Source: Treponemataceae bacterium | GTDB lineage: Bacteria > Spirochaetota > Spirochaetia > Treponematales > Rectinemataceae | Assembly (NCBI GenBank): GCA_963678065.2 | Contig: CAXXVZ010000004.1 | Span: 128,001-192,000, forward strand | DNA length: 64,000 nucleotides | Direction of reading: 5' to 3' | Shown: positions 49,699 through 59,278 of the stretch, one piece after another | How the letters are laid out: each line of letters starts with the position of its first letter | How positions within the stretch are numbered: the first letter of the stretch is position 1 | The notes under the pieces: model-generated | The model's database searches: none | Seen by the model: the letters and a program-made list of their open reading frames with translations, nothing else | Told to the model about the DNA's origin: nothing | Translations under genes and position numbers: made by a program

Positions 49699-52600
49699 TC
49701 AGATTCCGCCCGTCTTTTCAAAGGGTGAAGAGAGACTGAAGGAAAATACCGCGCCTGCGCCCGGCTTTCCGGATGCCCGGACCATTCCGCCGTGGCGGCT
49801 CACGATGCGCTTCACGAGGGCGAGCCCGACGCCCGTGCCCTCGAACTGTTCCGAGCTGTGAAGTCTCTGGAAGGGGCCGAAGAGTTTGCCCGCGTAGTCC
49901 TCGTCGAATCCGACGCCGGAGTCCCGCACGAAGTAGAAGGTCCGCCCCTCCCTCTCTTCGAATCCCGCCTCGACCCGGTGGACGGGACTCGGCGCGGAGT
50001 ACTTGACGGCGTTCGAGAGGAGATTGACCCATATCTGCTTGACGAGAGAAGGATCGCCGAGGGCAGGCGGAAGCTTGTCCACGGTGAAGACAAAATCTGT
50101 CGGCCTGTCCTGGGGCATGAGTTCGAACCAGGTCGAGAGGGCCATGGCCTCCATGTCGATCGTCTTCATCTTCATCTCGATCGTGCCGATCCGGGAGAGC
50201 GAGAGGATATCGCCGATGAGGGTGTTCATCTTCACCGTGTTCCTGCGGATCACGCCGAAGAGGCGCAGGCCCTCCGCATCGAGGATGGGGGCGTACTTCT
50301 TCTCGATCATCGACGAGAAGCCCTCGATGGCCCGCAGGGGAGCGCGCAGGTCGTGCGAGACCGAGTAGGAAAAAGCCTCGAGTTCGGCGTTGATGGATTT
50401 GAGCTGGGCTGTCCTCTCCTCCACCCGGCGCTCGAGGTCGGTGTTGAGGGCGTTGATGGTTTTCTCGGACTCGATGTGCTCGGTTATGTCGGTCATGGTG
50501 CCGATGTACCGGACCACCTTTCCGTCCTGGTCGATCTCCGGCACGACCTGGCCCATAACCCAGACGACCCGACCGTCGGCGTGGAGGAAGCGATACTCCG
50601 CCTGTCCGGAGTCACCTTTGTCCACCGTGCATCTCCAGCCTGAGAGGTTCTCGCCTCTATCATCGGGGTACAGGGCCCGGAGCCAGCCGTAGCCCATGGC
50701 TTCCTCCGCCGGAATGCCGGAGAGATCGCACCATTTCGGATTGACATAGGTTGTCTCCCCGGAGGCATCCGTGAGGAAGATGCCGACGGGAGCGGATTCC
50801 GCCAGAATCTGGAACTGACCGCGGCTCTCTCTGAGCTGACGCTCCGCGCATCTGAGATCGACGAGCACGGAAGCGTTTGAAAGCGCGTTGGCCGCGCTGG
50901 CCGCGAGCCCCTCGAGGAGGGCTATTTCCTTTTCAGAGAAACCGCCTCTTCTGTCGCCCGCGAGGAAGCAGGCGAGAAGTCTTCCGTCGTGACCGTGGAT
51001 GGGGATGCCCGCACAGTTCCGGAAAGCGATCCGATTCCGGTGTTCGGGCACCACATACGGGTCGTGCTCCGCATCGTTCGTGAAATAGGAGCGGCCCGTC
51101 TCGGCGATGTGGCCGGGAATACCGATCCCGGGCCCGTAGGTGCACTGGATCGGGAAGACTTTGCCGGCACTGTTCAATTCCGTGAAGATGAACCTTCCCT
51201 CCTCGAATCTCCCCGCCGATCCGTACTCCGCCCCCACCAGCTCCCTGGCCGCGGCGACGAGAGTGCGCAGGATGACCGGATACTCGAGGACAGAGTTCAG
51301 ATCCTTGGCGGCCTGCGTGAGCTTGTCGAGCTGTGCATTCCGCGTCTCGAGGTCTTCGCGCGCCTGGTTGCGTTCGGTCACGTCGGTGATGAAGCCCTCG
51401 AGCGCCAGCACTTCCCCGTTTTTCCCATACACCGCGACGCCCTGCTCCCAGACCCATTTCTCGACGCCGGATCGCGTGCGGATGCGGTATTCGGCCGTGA
51501 ACGCCTTCCTTTCCGCCACGGCCACCGTAAAGCGCTCGCGTATCCATGCCCTGTCGTCGGGATGAATGATGTCGTTGAAGGACAGGGTGGCGTTGCCGAC
51601 GAGGTCCGCGGGAGCATATCCGGTGAGCTCCGGCGCTCCATCCGACACGAATTCCATGGTCCACTTCTCATCGTTGGCACAGCGGTAGGACATTCCGGGA
51701 AGGTTGGTCATGAGAGTCGACAAAGAGCGCAGGCTTTCCCTGCTGCGATCTTCGGCACGATCCCGCTCGGAGATGAAGCGCGCCTGCTGGATGTTCTGAT
51801 AGGCTTTGCCGGAGAGTTCCCGGGCAAAAAGATGAAGGAGGCGCGCAATCTTCGCGAACTCCTCCCGGGACATGACCGATACCTCGGACAGGGCCTCTCT
51901 GAATGCGCTCCGGTCGATTCCGAACCTGTCGGAGTTTCCGACAAGCGAGTCGATATCGGACCTGGCATCCCGGACCTCTCCGATTATCCAGTTCGCGATG
52001 TGTTTCCCGCCGACCACGATCGAGACGCCGGCGTTGAGGAGCCCTGCGGCGAGACAGGGCATTATGACCGGCGCCGACTCGTCGAACATGCCGCCGAGAA
52101 CCGAATCCGATTCGCAGCAGACGGCGAAACCCTCCGCCGAAGTCTGGATGAGATCGCGGCAGAGCCTGCAGGGGTTGCTCAGTTTTGTGATAGGTTTCCC
52201 GTCCGGATACCCGATTATGGAGGAGACGCCGTGAGCCTGGGCAAAGGCATCCTGAATCTCCTGGATTTCGTCGATGTCGAAGAGGTCGGTGAAATCGGGG
52301 GGAGCAGAGCTGTCGAGGGGAAGAGTGAGGGCGAGAATGCGCCTGTGAAGGGCCGCCTGGGCGTTTCTCTGCTCCGTCGTATCGCTCGCGTAGCAGAGAA
52401 AGCGGTCGGGGGCGACTTGCGCGGAGCTGACTTTCCATGATCGCCTCTCGCCTGATGCGTGCACATAGTCGAGCTCGATATCGAGCTGTCTGCCTTCTTT
52501 CGTCTCTGCGAAGTACCTGGCGGCCGCTTCCTTCATGTCGTCGGGAATGAGGTCGAGGAAGTTTTTGGATAGCAGGTCCGCGGTCGCGTATCCCGTAATT

Positions 52601-53043
52601 CTGCATGCCGATTCGTTGACCTCGATATAGTCGCCGTTTCCGTCGACGAGGAAGACTCCGTTCGGCGAACGGTCGACGTAGGTTTTGAATCTGTCCCCGA
52701 TCTCGCGGGCTTCGGAGAACGCGGTCTTTCGCTCACATTTTTCAGTCACGAGCCGATCGGCCTCGACGATGAGGGTCTTTTCGCAGCGGTCAAGACTCCA
52801 GGAGCCGGCACAGATGAAGATGAAGGAGCTTGCCAGGTAGACCAGATTGCTGAGGTAGAGCGGAATGTGGGAGTCGAAAATGGTTCCCGCAAAGATACGG
52901 TAATCCGCGAGACCGACAAGAGTATACATCAGACTCGCCGAGAGGCAGAGAAAGAGGACATTCCTGGTCTTCAGCCTGAACAGGTGATCGGTGTGACAGT
53001 CATCGGAGGCTTCGCGGTCGTCGGCAATTCTGGTGCCGTTCAT
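49699..53043 (-). CDS. Multi-sensor histidine kinase (TM-PAS-PocR-PAS-GAF-PAS-HisKA-HATPase)
   Basis: PocR region (IQEIQDAF...PCRLC...CCESD...CLAAGL), three PAS/PAC units, GAF, SHDLRAP, NLLSNAVKY, GTGVGL. Confidence 0.9.
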   Translation of the reverse strand: MNGTRIADDREASDDCHTDHLFRLKTRNVLFLCLSASLMYTLVGLADYRIFAGTIFDSHIPLYLSNLVYLASSFIFICAGSWSLDRCEKTLIVEADRLVTEKCERKTAFSEAREIGDRFKTYVDRSPNGVFLVDGNGDYIEVNESACRITGYATADLLSKNFLDLIPDDMKEAAARYFAETKEGRQLDIELDYVHASGERRSWKVSSAQVAPDRFLCYASDTTEQRNAQAALHRRILALTLPLDSSAPPDFTDLFDIDEIQEIQDAFAQAHGVSSIIGYPDGKPITKLSNPCRLCRDLIQTSAEGFAVCCESDSVLGGMFDESAPVIMPCLAAGLLNAGVSIVVGGKHIANWIIGEVRDARSDIDSLVGNSDRFGIDRSAFREALSEVSVMSREEFAKIARLLHLFARELSGKAYQNIQQARFISERDRAEDRSRESLRSLSTLMTNLPGMSYRCANDEKWTMEFVSDGAPELTGYAPADLVGNATLSFNDIIHPDDRAWIRERFTVAVAERKAFTAEYRIRTRSGVEKWVWEQGVAVYGKNGEVLALEGFITDVTERNQAREDLETRNAQLDKLTQAAKDLNSVLEYPVILRTLVAAARELVGAEYGSAGRFEEGRFIFTELNSAGKVFPIQCTYGPGIGIPGHIAETGRSYFTNDAEHDPYVVPEHRNRIAFRNCAGIPIHGHDGRLLACFLAGDRRGGFSEKEIALLEGLAASAANALSNASVLVDLRCAERQLRESRGQFQILAESAPVGIFLTDASGETTYVNPKWCDLSGIPAEEAMGYGWLRALYPDDRGENLSGWRCTVDKGDSGQAEYRFLHADGRVVWVMGQVVPEIDQDGKVVRYIGTMTDITEHIESEKTINALNTDLERRVEERTAQLKSINAELEAFSYSVSHDLRAPLRAIEGFSSMIEKKYAPILDAEGLRLFGVIRRNTVKMNTLIGDILSLSRIGTIEMKMKTIDMEAMALSTWFELMPQDRPTDFVFTVDKLPPALGDPSLVKQIWVNLLSNAVKYSAPSPVHRVEAGFEEREGRTFYFVRDSGVGFDEDYAGKLFGPFQRLHSSEQFEGTGVGLALVKRIVSRHGGMVRASGKPGAGAVFSFSLSSPFEKTGGI

Positions 53044-53131
53044 GATGAGTGAAGTTTAAACCAGAGCGCCGCGGAATACCATGACGAAAACCTTGCCGAG
53101 CAGGCTTTGGGGCCCTTGAGAGCCCGGACCT

Positions 53132-53725
53132 TCAGGCCCTGAGACCTTCGATGAGGACCTTGGTGGACGCGACCGTTTCTTCCAGGGAGATGTTGTCGTA
53201 CAGGACGCTATGGATGGCGGCCGCTTCGACAAGGGAAAAAAGCGTGAACCCCATCGATTTGGCGGAAACCTGCTTCAATTCGCCGCTCTTTACTCCAGCT
53301 TCGAGGAGCCGCTCCACGGAGGCGCGGAGTTCCCGGACTTTGCCGCTGACATCGAAGCTCATGCCGGGAATTATGCGTTTGGGGTGAAGGAGGAAATCGA
53401 GGACGAGGATCATCCTCTCCTTGTCTTCGACCGCGACCTTCTCGAGAAAGAAAAGGAGGTCGAGCAGTTTCTCCGTGGCGGAGTTTCCTGGCTTCTCCGC
53501 GACCGATTCGATATCCTTCATGAGGCGACTGAAGATTTCCTCCAGCGAGAACGCGAGAACTTCGTCGATGTTCCGGAAGTATTGATACATGGTTGTCCTG
53601 CCAAAGCTGCAGAGCGCCGCGACAGTCCCCAGATGAGCTTCCCGGATTCCATCCCGCACGAAAACGCTTATCGCGGTTTGGGCAATCTCCCTTCTTTTTG
53701 CGTCATGGTCGATAATTTTGGGCAT
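53132..53725 (-). CDS. TetR-family regulator
   Basis: MPKIIDHDAKRREI...VAALCSFGRTTMYQYF HTH. Confidence 0.85.
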   Translation of the reverse strand: MPKIIDHDAKRREIAQTAISVFVRDGIREAHLGTVAALCSFGRTTMYQYFRNIDEVLAFSLEEIFSRLMKDIESVAEKPGNSATEKLLDLLFFLEKVAVEDKERMILVLDFLLHPKRIIPGMSFDVSGKVRELRASVERLLEAGVKSGELKQVSAKSMGFTLFSLVEAAAIHSVLYDNISLEETVASTKVLIEGLRA

Positions 53726-53920
53726 GATCTCTCCTGATCGATTCCGGAGTATACCGGTTCGACGCGCGGGCCGCAATTAACTGTCTCCGGGACTGCCGTC
53801 AGATGCGGAAATACCTGCTGGCATTGGTTCGTTTCATGTCGACAATACCGCACGACAATACGCAAAACTTGACCCTCTCGGTCTCCATGGATTACCATCG
53901 CCCAGGTCGGAGGCAGGTTC

Positions 53921-54943
53921 ATGCATGACAAGATCCCGGCGCTCCTCGTGCTGTTCGCGGCTCTGTTCGCTCCGGGAGCTCAGGGCGTTCCGGGAATTCC
54001 GGCCCTCCCGGCAAAGGGCGCCGGCCCAGGCGACAGCCTGCGGATCAAGGCGGTCGGGGACGTCATGCTCGCACGGTCTGTCGGAAGGAGGCTTGCGCAA
54101 TACGGCTGGCAGGCCATATTCGGGCCGGGCGAGAGGGTTCTGGCGGAGGCGGACATCCTGACCGCGAACCTGGAATGCTGCATCTCGACGCGCGGCAAGC
54201 CTGAAAACAAGAAATACACCTTCAGAGCCGATCCCGGAGCGGCGGCGGCGCTGTCGCGGGCCGGTTTCACCCTCGTCTCGCTCGCCAACAACCATGCCAT
54301 GGACTACGGGCCAAAGGCCCTGGCTGAAACGATTTCTCTCCTCGACGCGGCGGGAATCGCCCATGTCGGAGCCGGAGCGAACGAGGATGAAGCGCGAAAG
54401 CCCGCCATCGTTACGCGCGGGGGGCTCCGCGTGGCCTTCCTTGGCTATGTGGCCGTACCCGTCGAGTCGGGCGGCTTCGACATCCGTTCATGGCAGGCCT
54501 CCGCTAAAAAGCCCGGCGTGGCCCTGGCGATTCCGGGCGACATACGCTCGGACGTGAGCGTGGCCCTCGGGCAGGCGGATGCCGTCGTCGTCCTGCTTCA
54601 TGCGGGACAGGAAGGTTCAACCGCGCGCACACGGGCCCAGACCGATGCCGCCAGGGCCGCCATCGACGGAGGCGCCTCTCTCGTCGTCGGCTCCCACCCC
54701 CACGTCGTGCAGGATCTGGAGACTTACGGAAAAGGCTACATCGCGTTCAGCCTCGGAAACTGGATCTTCGATGGCTTCGAGGAGGCCGGGGAGTCGGGCG
54801 CCGTCCTCGACGCGGTGCTGGCGGTGAAATCACGACCGGAGAACGTCGCCACGGCAGAGCGCAAAATGGCCGGAGCGGTATCCACTCCGGCCAGGATCGC
54901 GGGAATAGTATCTGCCTCGCTCCTCCGGCTGCCCCGGAAATGA
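53921..54943 (+). CDS. CapA (PGA_cap) family metallophosphatase-like secreted protein
   Basis: GDVML, NLE, SLANNHAMDYG, LHAG.E, GSHPHV, SLGN. Confidence 0.9.
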   Translation: MHDKIPALLVLFAALFAPGAQGVPGIPALPAKGAGPGDSLRIKAVGDVMLARSVGRRLAQYGWQAIFGPGERVLAEADILTANLECCISTRGKPENKKYTFRADPGAAAALSRAGFTLVSLANNHAMDYGPKALAETISLLDAAGIAHVGAGANEDEARKPAIVTRGGLRVAFLGYVAVPVESGGFDIRSWQASAKKPGVALAIPGDIRSDVSVALGQADAVVVLLHAGQEGSTARTRAQTDAARAAIDGGASLVVGSHPHVVQDLETYGKGYIAFSLGNWIFDGFEEAGESGAVLDAVLAVKSRPENVATAERKMAGAVSTPARIAGIVSASLLRLPRK

Positions 54944-54957
54944 GGGGCTAAGAAGGC

Positions 54958-55665
54958 TCACTCTTCCCGGACAGTATTGCGCAGAATCCCGATGCCACCG
55001 ATCTCGATCTCGACGATATCGCCCTGACGCAGGCGTCCTACGCCGCTCGGGGTTCCGGTGACGACGATATCGCCCTCCTCGAGGGTCATCTGGGAGGAGA
55101 TGAAAGCGATCTGCTCGTCGATCGGGAAGATCATGTTGCGGGTATTGGATTTCTGGACAACCGTGCCGTTCAGCCTGCACTCGATGTCGAGGTTCTGAGG
55201 ATCCCCGATCAGCGCGTCGGGCACGACAACCGGCCCGATGGGCCCGAAGGTATCGAAGCTCTTTCCCCTGAACCAGCCCGAGCGGTCCGAATTCTGGATG
55301 TTCCGCTGGCTGACGTCGTTGAAGCAGGCATAGCCGAAGATGTGGGACCGGGCTTCGGCGGCCGGGATGTTCCGCCCGCCCCTTCCGATGATGACGGCCA
55401 GCTCAGCCTCGTAGTCGGTGCGCAGGCCGGGAAAACCGTACTTCAGGAGAAAGCTCGTCGGTATGACGATCTCCTCGCCCGGGCCGATGAGCACGTTCGG
55501 GGTTTTGGCAAAGAGTATGGGCTCCTTGGGCAGTTCGGTGCTTCCCGACTTGACGACGGAGAGGCTCTCGGCCACATGGTCCCGGTAGTTGAGACCGAGT
55601 GCGATGATTTTTCCGGGTTTTACCCTGTACGAGACATCCGATCCGAGTACGGGGAGCGTGACCAT
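54958..55665 (-). CDS. Fumarylacetoacetate hydrolase family protein
   Basis: GLNYRDH, FAK, DYEAELAV, NDVSQR, GKSFDTF, TGTPSGVG; AAGGAGG RBS. Confidence 0.92.
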   Translation of the reverse strand: MVTLPVLGSDVSYRVKPGKIIALGLNYRDHVAESLSVVKSGSTELPKEPILFAKTPNVLIGPGEEIVIPTSFLLKYGFPGLRTDYEAELAVIIGRGGRNIPAAEARSHIFGYACFNDVSQRNIQNSDRSGWFRGKSFDTFGPIGPVVVPDALIGDPQNLDIECRLNGTVVQKSNTRNMIFPIDEQIAFISSQMTLEEGDIVVTGTPSGVGRLRQGDIVEIEIGGIGILRNTVREE

Positions 55666-55917
55666 GGGGGACCTCCTTAAAAAGCGGACTTTCCGGGTAC
55701 TATACCCGCCGGGAACCCATGAATCAACAACCTCGCAGCGAGCTGCAGGGTATGAAGCCAGCTTCCGAAGCAATGCATGAACCGGTGCTTGCCCTGTCCC
55801 GGCTTTCTGATGCTACTATAGTATCGCATCGACGCACCGAAGAGGCGTGGGGCAGACAGGCAAAGGTCTTCTCTGGCCTCTACGCCGCGATGTATCCGAC
55901 GGCCTCGGGATGGTTGC

Positions 55918-57036
55918 ATGAAATCGGAACGGATCATTGTCGTGGGAGCGGGCCCCGCCGGGGCCTCGTTCGCCCTTGCGCTCGCCAGGAAAGGCATGCA
56001 CAGCATTCTCCTGGACGCGCGCGATTTTCCCCGTCCGAAACTCTGCGGAGGCGGGATCACGCAGAAGACACGCGAGGTCGTAATCCCACTCCTCGGCGAA
56101 GAGGCATACCGCAGCAGCGTGAAAGCGAGTTCCTCCGAAATAGAAATCCGCTACGACGGCAGGCGGGCCGCCCTTTTCACAACCGATTTGCCATTCGACT
56201 TCGTGGACAGGAGCCTGTACGACCTCGCCTTCGTCGATGCCTTCCGGAAGGCAGGAGGGGATTTCCGGCCCGGAGTGAAGGCGACGGGAATCGACGCGAA
56301 GCGCAGGCGGCTCCAGACGACGGCGGGCACCCTGGACTACGATATTCTCGTCTGCGCCGACGGGGCCACGAGTCTGATGCGTCGTTGCCTCGATCCGGAC
56401 TACCGCCCCGAGGGTTTCTGCTACGAGTACAAGACCTCCGATTCCGAAGGGAAGCTCGTCCACATCGACTTCTTTTCGACGATGAAAGGGTATTCCTGGT
56501 CATTCCCGAACGGAGCCGAACGGGTGATCGGGACCGGCTCCTTCTACCGAAAGCCGGTGGACGCTGGATTCCTCAAGGGCTTTCTCGGTGTCTATGGTCC
56601 TGTCCCGGAAAAACTTTCAGGCGCCTTCATTCCCCTCGGAGAAAGGCCCATGCTCTGCGCCCAGGCCGACGGCCGTGTCCACTTCCTGGGCGACGCGGCG
56701 GGATTCGCCAATCCCGTCACGGGCGAAGGACTCTTTTTCGCCACGAAGGCATCCCTCCTTCTGGCCGGACATCTCTCCGGAGAGCTGTCCGGGAGCGCCT
56801 ACCGCTCCGCGATGGCCGCGATAGGGCGGAGCCTGCGAATCTACGGCAGGGCGCAGGATCTGGTGTTCAGCCCGAGGGTGTGGGAAAAGCTCACGAGGGA
56901 GGGCAGATCTCATTCCGGATACAAACGGGTCTGCGACGGGATCATATCGCGGGACAAGAGCCCGCTCGGCTTCCTCGCCGGCCACTTCGGCCGCAAACTG
57001 ATCTCTGGGCTCGGAATCGGGACAAGGGAAGCTTAA
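55918..57036 (+). CDS. Geranylgeranyl reductase-family FAD oxidoreductase
   Basis: GAGPAG, FPRPKLCGGG, ADG, GYSWSFP, GDAAGFANPVTGEG. Confidence 0.85.
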   Translation: MKSERIIVVGAGPAGASFALALARKGMHSILLDARDFPRPKLCGGGITQKTREVVIPLLGEEAYRSSVKASSSEIEIRYDGRRAALFTTDLPFDFVDRSLYDLAFVDAFRKAGGDFRPGVKATGIDAKRRRLQTTAGTLDYDILVCADGATSLMRRCLDPDYRPEGFCYEYKTSDSEGKLVHIDFFSTMKGYSWSFPNGAERVIGTGSFYRKPVDAGFLKGFLGVYGPVPEKLSGAFIPLGERPMLCAQADGRVHFLGDAAGFANPVTGEGLFFATKASLLLAGHLSGELSGSAYRSAMAAIGRSLRIYGRAQDLVFSPRVWEKLTREGRSHSGYKRVCDGIISRDKSPLGFLAGHFGRKLISGLGIGTREA

Positions 57037-57136
57037 GACCCGATGCTGGGCCCGAGGCCGTATAGCCTCAACAAAAACCAACCTGCGGGTGAGCCGCGTG
57101 TTGCCTCATCCAGAAATCAATCCGGAGGAAGGGCCG

Positions 57137-57165
57137 TTGCCTGTCCCGCCCTGCCCGCCTATACT
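57137..57165 (+). promoter_or_regulatory. Sigma70 promoter giving a probable leaderless transcript
   Basis: TTGCCT(57137-57142)-17 nt-TATACT(57160-57165), then 7 nt to ATG 57173 with no SD. Confidence 0.6.
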
Positions 57166-57172
57166 GTCCATC

Positions 57173-58435
57173 ATGCAAGATGGAGCCGGAAGCTCTCCCC
57201 TGTCGGGACAGGGAGCGAGCCCTTTGACCAGAACGCAGGCCGCGAAAACTCCGGGGAGCGCGAGGCTCCGCGTCTGCGTTGTCGGAGGCGGCGGGACAGG
57301 AGCCGCCCTCGCCTACGATCTCGCGCTCCGCGGGGTGCAGGTCGTCCTCCTGGAACGCGGCGAACTCACATCGGGGACGACGGGACGTCACCACGGCCAG
57401 CTCCACTGCGGCGCGCGCTACGCCGCGGCGGACAGAACCATCGCCAGGGAGTGCTACGAGGAAAGCCTCATCCTCCGCAGGATCGTTCCTCAGGCTGTGG
57501 AGTACAATGGAGGCCTCTTCGTCGCCCTCTCCGACGAGGAGGCCGACTGGACCCCGACTTTCATGGCCGCCCTCGCCGAATCCGGCATCCCCGCGTCGCG
57601 TCTCACCGCGCAAAGAGCGCTCGAACTGGAACCCGCCCTCAATCCCTTGATCCGGCTGGCTGTTCGCGTTCCGGACGGAACCTTCGACGCCTTCCGGGTC
57701 CCGCTCTCGTTTTTCGCCGCGGCCCGCGCACTCGGGGCCGACATACGGCCCTGGTGCGAAGTCGTCGGCTTCGAGCGATCGGGAGGGAGGGTAGTTGCGG
57801 CCCAGGTGGTGGACAGGCGCAACGGGAGTCCCGTGGAGGAGAGCGTCCGCGCGGACTACTTCGTCAACGCCGCGGGAGCCTGGGCCGGCTCCGTCGGGCT
57901 TCTCGCGGGAGTCGACATACCGGTAACGCCCGCGCCTGGGGCCCTCCTCGCCGTCAGATGTCGCATCTGCGACCATGTCGTGAGCAGGCTCCGTCCTCCC
58001 GCCGACGGCGATATCATGGTGCCCCAGAGGGGACTTTCGATCATTGGTTCGACCCAGCGGGACGGCCCTGTCTCCGAGGCCATCCGCCCTCTCCCGGAAG
58101 AGATCGAATTCCTCCGACACTCAGGCGCGCAGATGTTCCCTGCGTATGCGGATGCACCACTGCACGCGGCCTGGGCCGCGGCGCGCCCGCTCTCGGGACG
58201 GGCCACGGGCGACAGCAGACTCCTGTCGCGGGATTTCACGGTGATCGACCACTCGTTGACCGAAGGACTGGGGGGATTCTGCAGCCTCATAGGTGGCAAG
58301 GCCACCGTGCTCAGGGCCATGGCCGAAAAGGCCGCGGACATGGTCTGCTCCGCCTTCGGCCTGAAGACCGTCTGCCGCAGTGCGGACTTCGTCCTGCCAA
58401 GCTGGCGAGACTTCTACAGGGGTGAGCGGCAATGA
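57173..58435 (+). CDS. GlpA-like FAD-dependent glycerol-3-phosphate dehydrogenase
   Basis: GGGGTG, GTTGRHHGQLHCGARYA, VNAAGAW, RPPADGD, AARPL, SRDF, GGKATV.R.MAE. Confidence 0.85.
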   Translation: MQDGAGSSPLSGQGASPLTRTQAAKTPGSARLRVCVVGGGGTGAALAYDLALRGVQVVLLERGELTSGTTGRHHGQLHCGARYAAADRTIARECYEESLILRRIVPQAVEYNGGLFVALSDEEADWTPTFMAALAESGIPASRLTAQRALELEPALNPLIRLAVRVPDGTFDAFRVPLSFFAAARALGADIRPWCEVVGFERSGGRVVAAQVVDRRNGSPVEESVRADYFVNAAGAWAGSVGLLAGVDIPVTPAPGALLAVRCRICDHVVSRLRPPADGDIMVPQRGLSIIGSTQRDGPVSEAIRPLPEEIEFLRHSGAQMFPAYADAPLHAAWAAARPLSGRATGDSRLLSRDFTVIDHSLTEGLGGFCSLIGGKATVLRAMAEKAADMVCSAFGLKTVCRSADFVLPSWRDFYRGERQ

Positions 58436-59073
58436 AGGCGACCATCGTTCTCCCTTCGGGAGAATTCGAGGTGGAAATCTCGGAAACGACAACCGTGCTC
58501 GATGCCCTGGAAACCCTCAGGGCCACGACAAGGAAGGACCTGCGCTACCGGCACTCCTGCCACCATGGGTCCTGCGGAACCTGCGGCGCCCTCATCAACG
58601 GCGCGCCGGCCCTCATGTGCCTCACCCGGATGGCGCCGCTCGCCGACGTTCCCGTCAGGATCGAACCGCTGGGCAAGATGCAGGTGATCGGAGATGTGGC
58701 CGTCCATCCGGGAAACTTTTTCGACGCGATGCCCGATACCGGATATGTCCGCAAAAGTGGCGTGACGCACGATGCCCCGAAGCCCGAGGGTTCGCCCTGG
58801 GAGCGTTTCGAGGCGTGCATCGAATGCGGCATCTGCGTGTCGGCCTGCCCTGTCACGGCTCCCTTCGAAGGGCCGGCCGCCCTGGCTGCCGCCGACAGGG
58901 AGCGCGAAGAGCGCCCCGCTCGGACCGAGGCCATGCTCGACTTCGCCGCAAAGCCGCGCGGGGTTCCAGCCTGCGAGCGCAGATTCGCCTGCAGCAGGGC
59001 ATGCCCCCAGGGCGTGGCGCCGGGACGGAGGATAGAAAATCTCAGGAAGACCTTGGCCGCGGGTCGAAAATGA
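58432..59073 (+). CDS. SdhB/FrdB-like iron-sulfur subunit
   Basis: CHHGSCGTC...C (2Fe-2S), CIECGICVSACP, CERRFACSRACP. ATGA-coupled to the upstream gene. Confidence 0.88.
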   Translation: MKATIVLPSGEFEVEISETTTVLDALETLRATTRKDLRYRHSCHHGSCGTCGALINGAPALMCLTRMAPLADVPVRIEPLGKMQVIGDVAVHPGNFFDAMPDTGYVRKSGVTHDAPKPEGSPWERFEACIECGICVSACPVTAPFEGPAALAAADREREERPARTEAMLDFAAKPRGVPACERRFACSRACPQGVAPGRRIENLRKTLAAGRK

Positions 59074-59278
59074 TGAGGGTCGCATACCCGATAGTCACTT
59101 CACAAAAAAGAGCGCAGCAACTGGAGGTATGGACCCGCATGCGAATGAACGAACCCCGGAGCAGGGCTCCGAGGTATCGTTCGTTCTGTAAGGAATGGAT
59201 TGTATGCGGGTCCATACCCGATAGTCACTTCACAAGAAAGAGCGCAGCAACTGGGGGGTATGGACCCGCATGCGAATC
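59073..59278. repeat. Two direct copies of an inverted-repeat-bounded ~70-bp element separated by a hairpin spacer
   Basis: The ~64-nt core CATACCCGATAGTCACTTCACAA(A/G)AAAGAGCGCAGCAACTGG..GTATGGACCCGCATGCGAAT occurs at 59083-59146 and 59213-59277. Confidence 0.9.

Noticed and set aside
53921..54943. Poly-gamma-glutamate capsule locus
   Set aside because: No capB/capC is nearby, and stand-alone CapA-domain proteins are widespread.
59083..59277. Repeat-spacer-repeat as a CRISPR array
   Set aside because: There are only two copies, the ~64-nt repeat is too long, the spacer is structured, and no cas genes are in the window.
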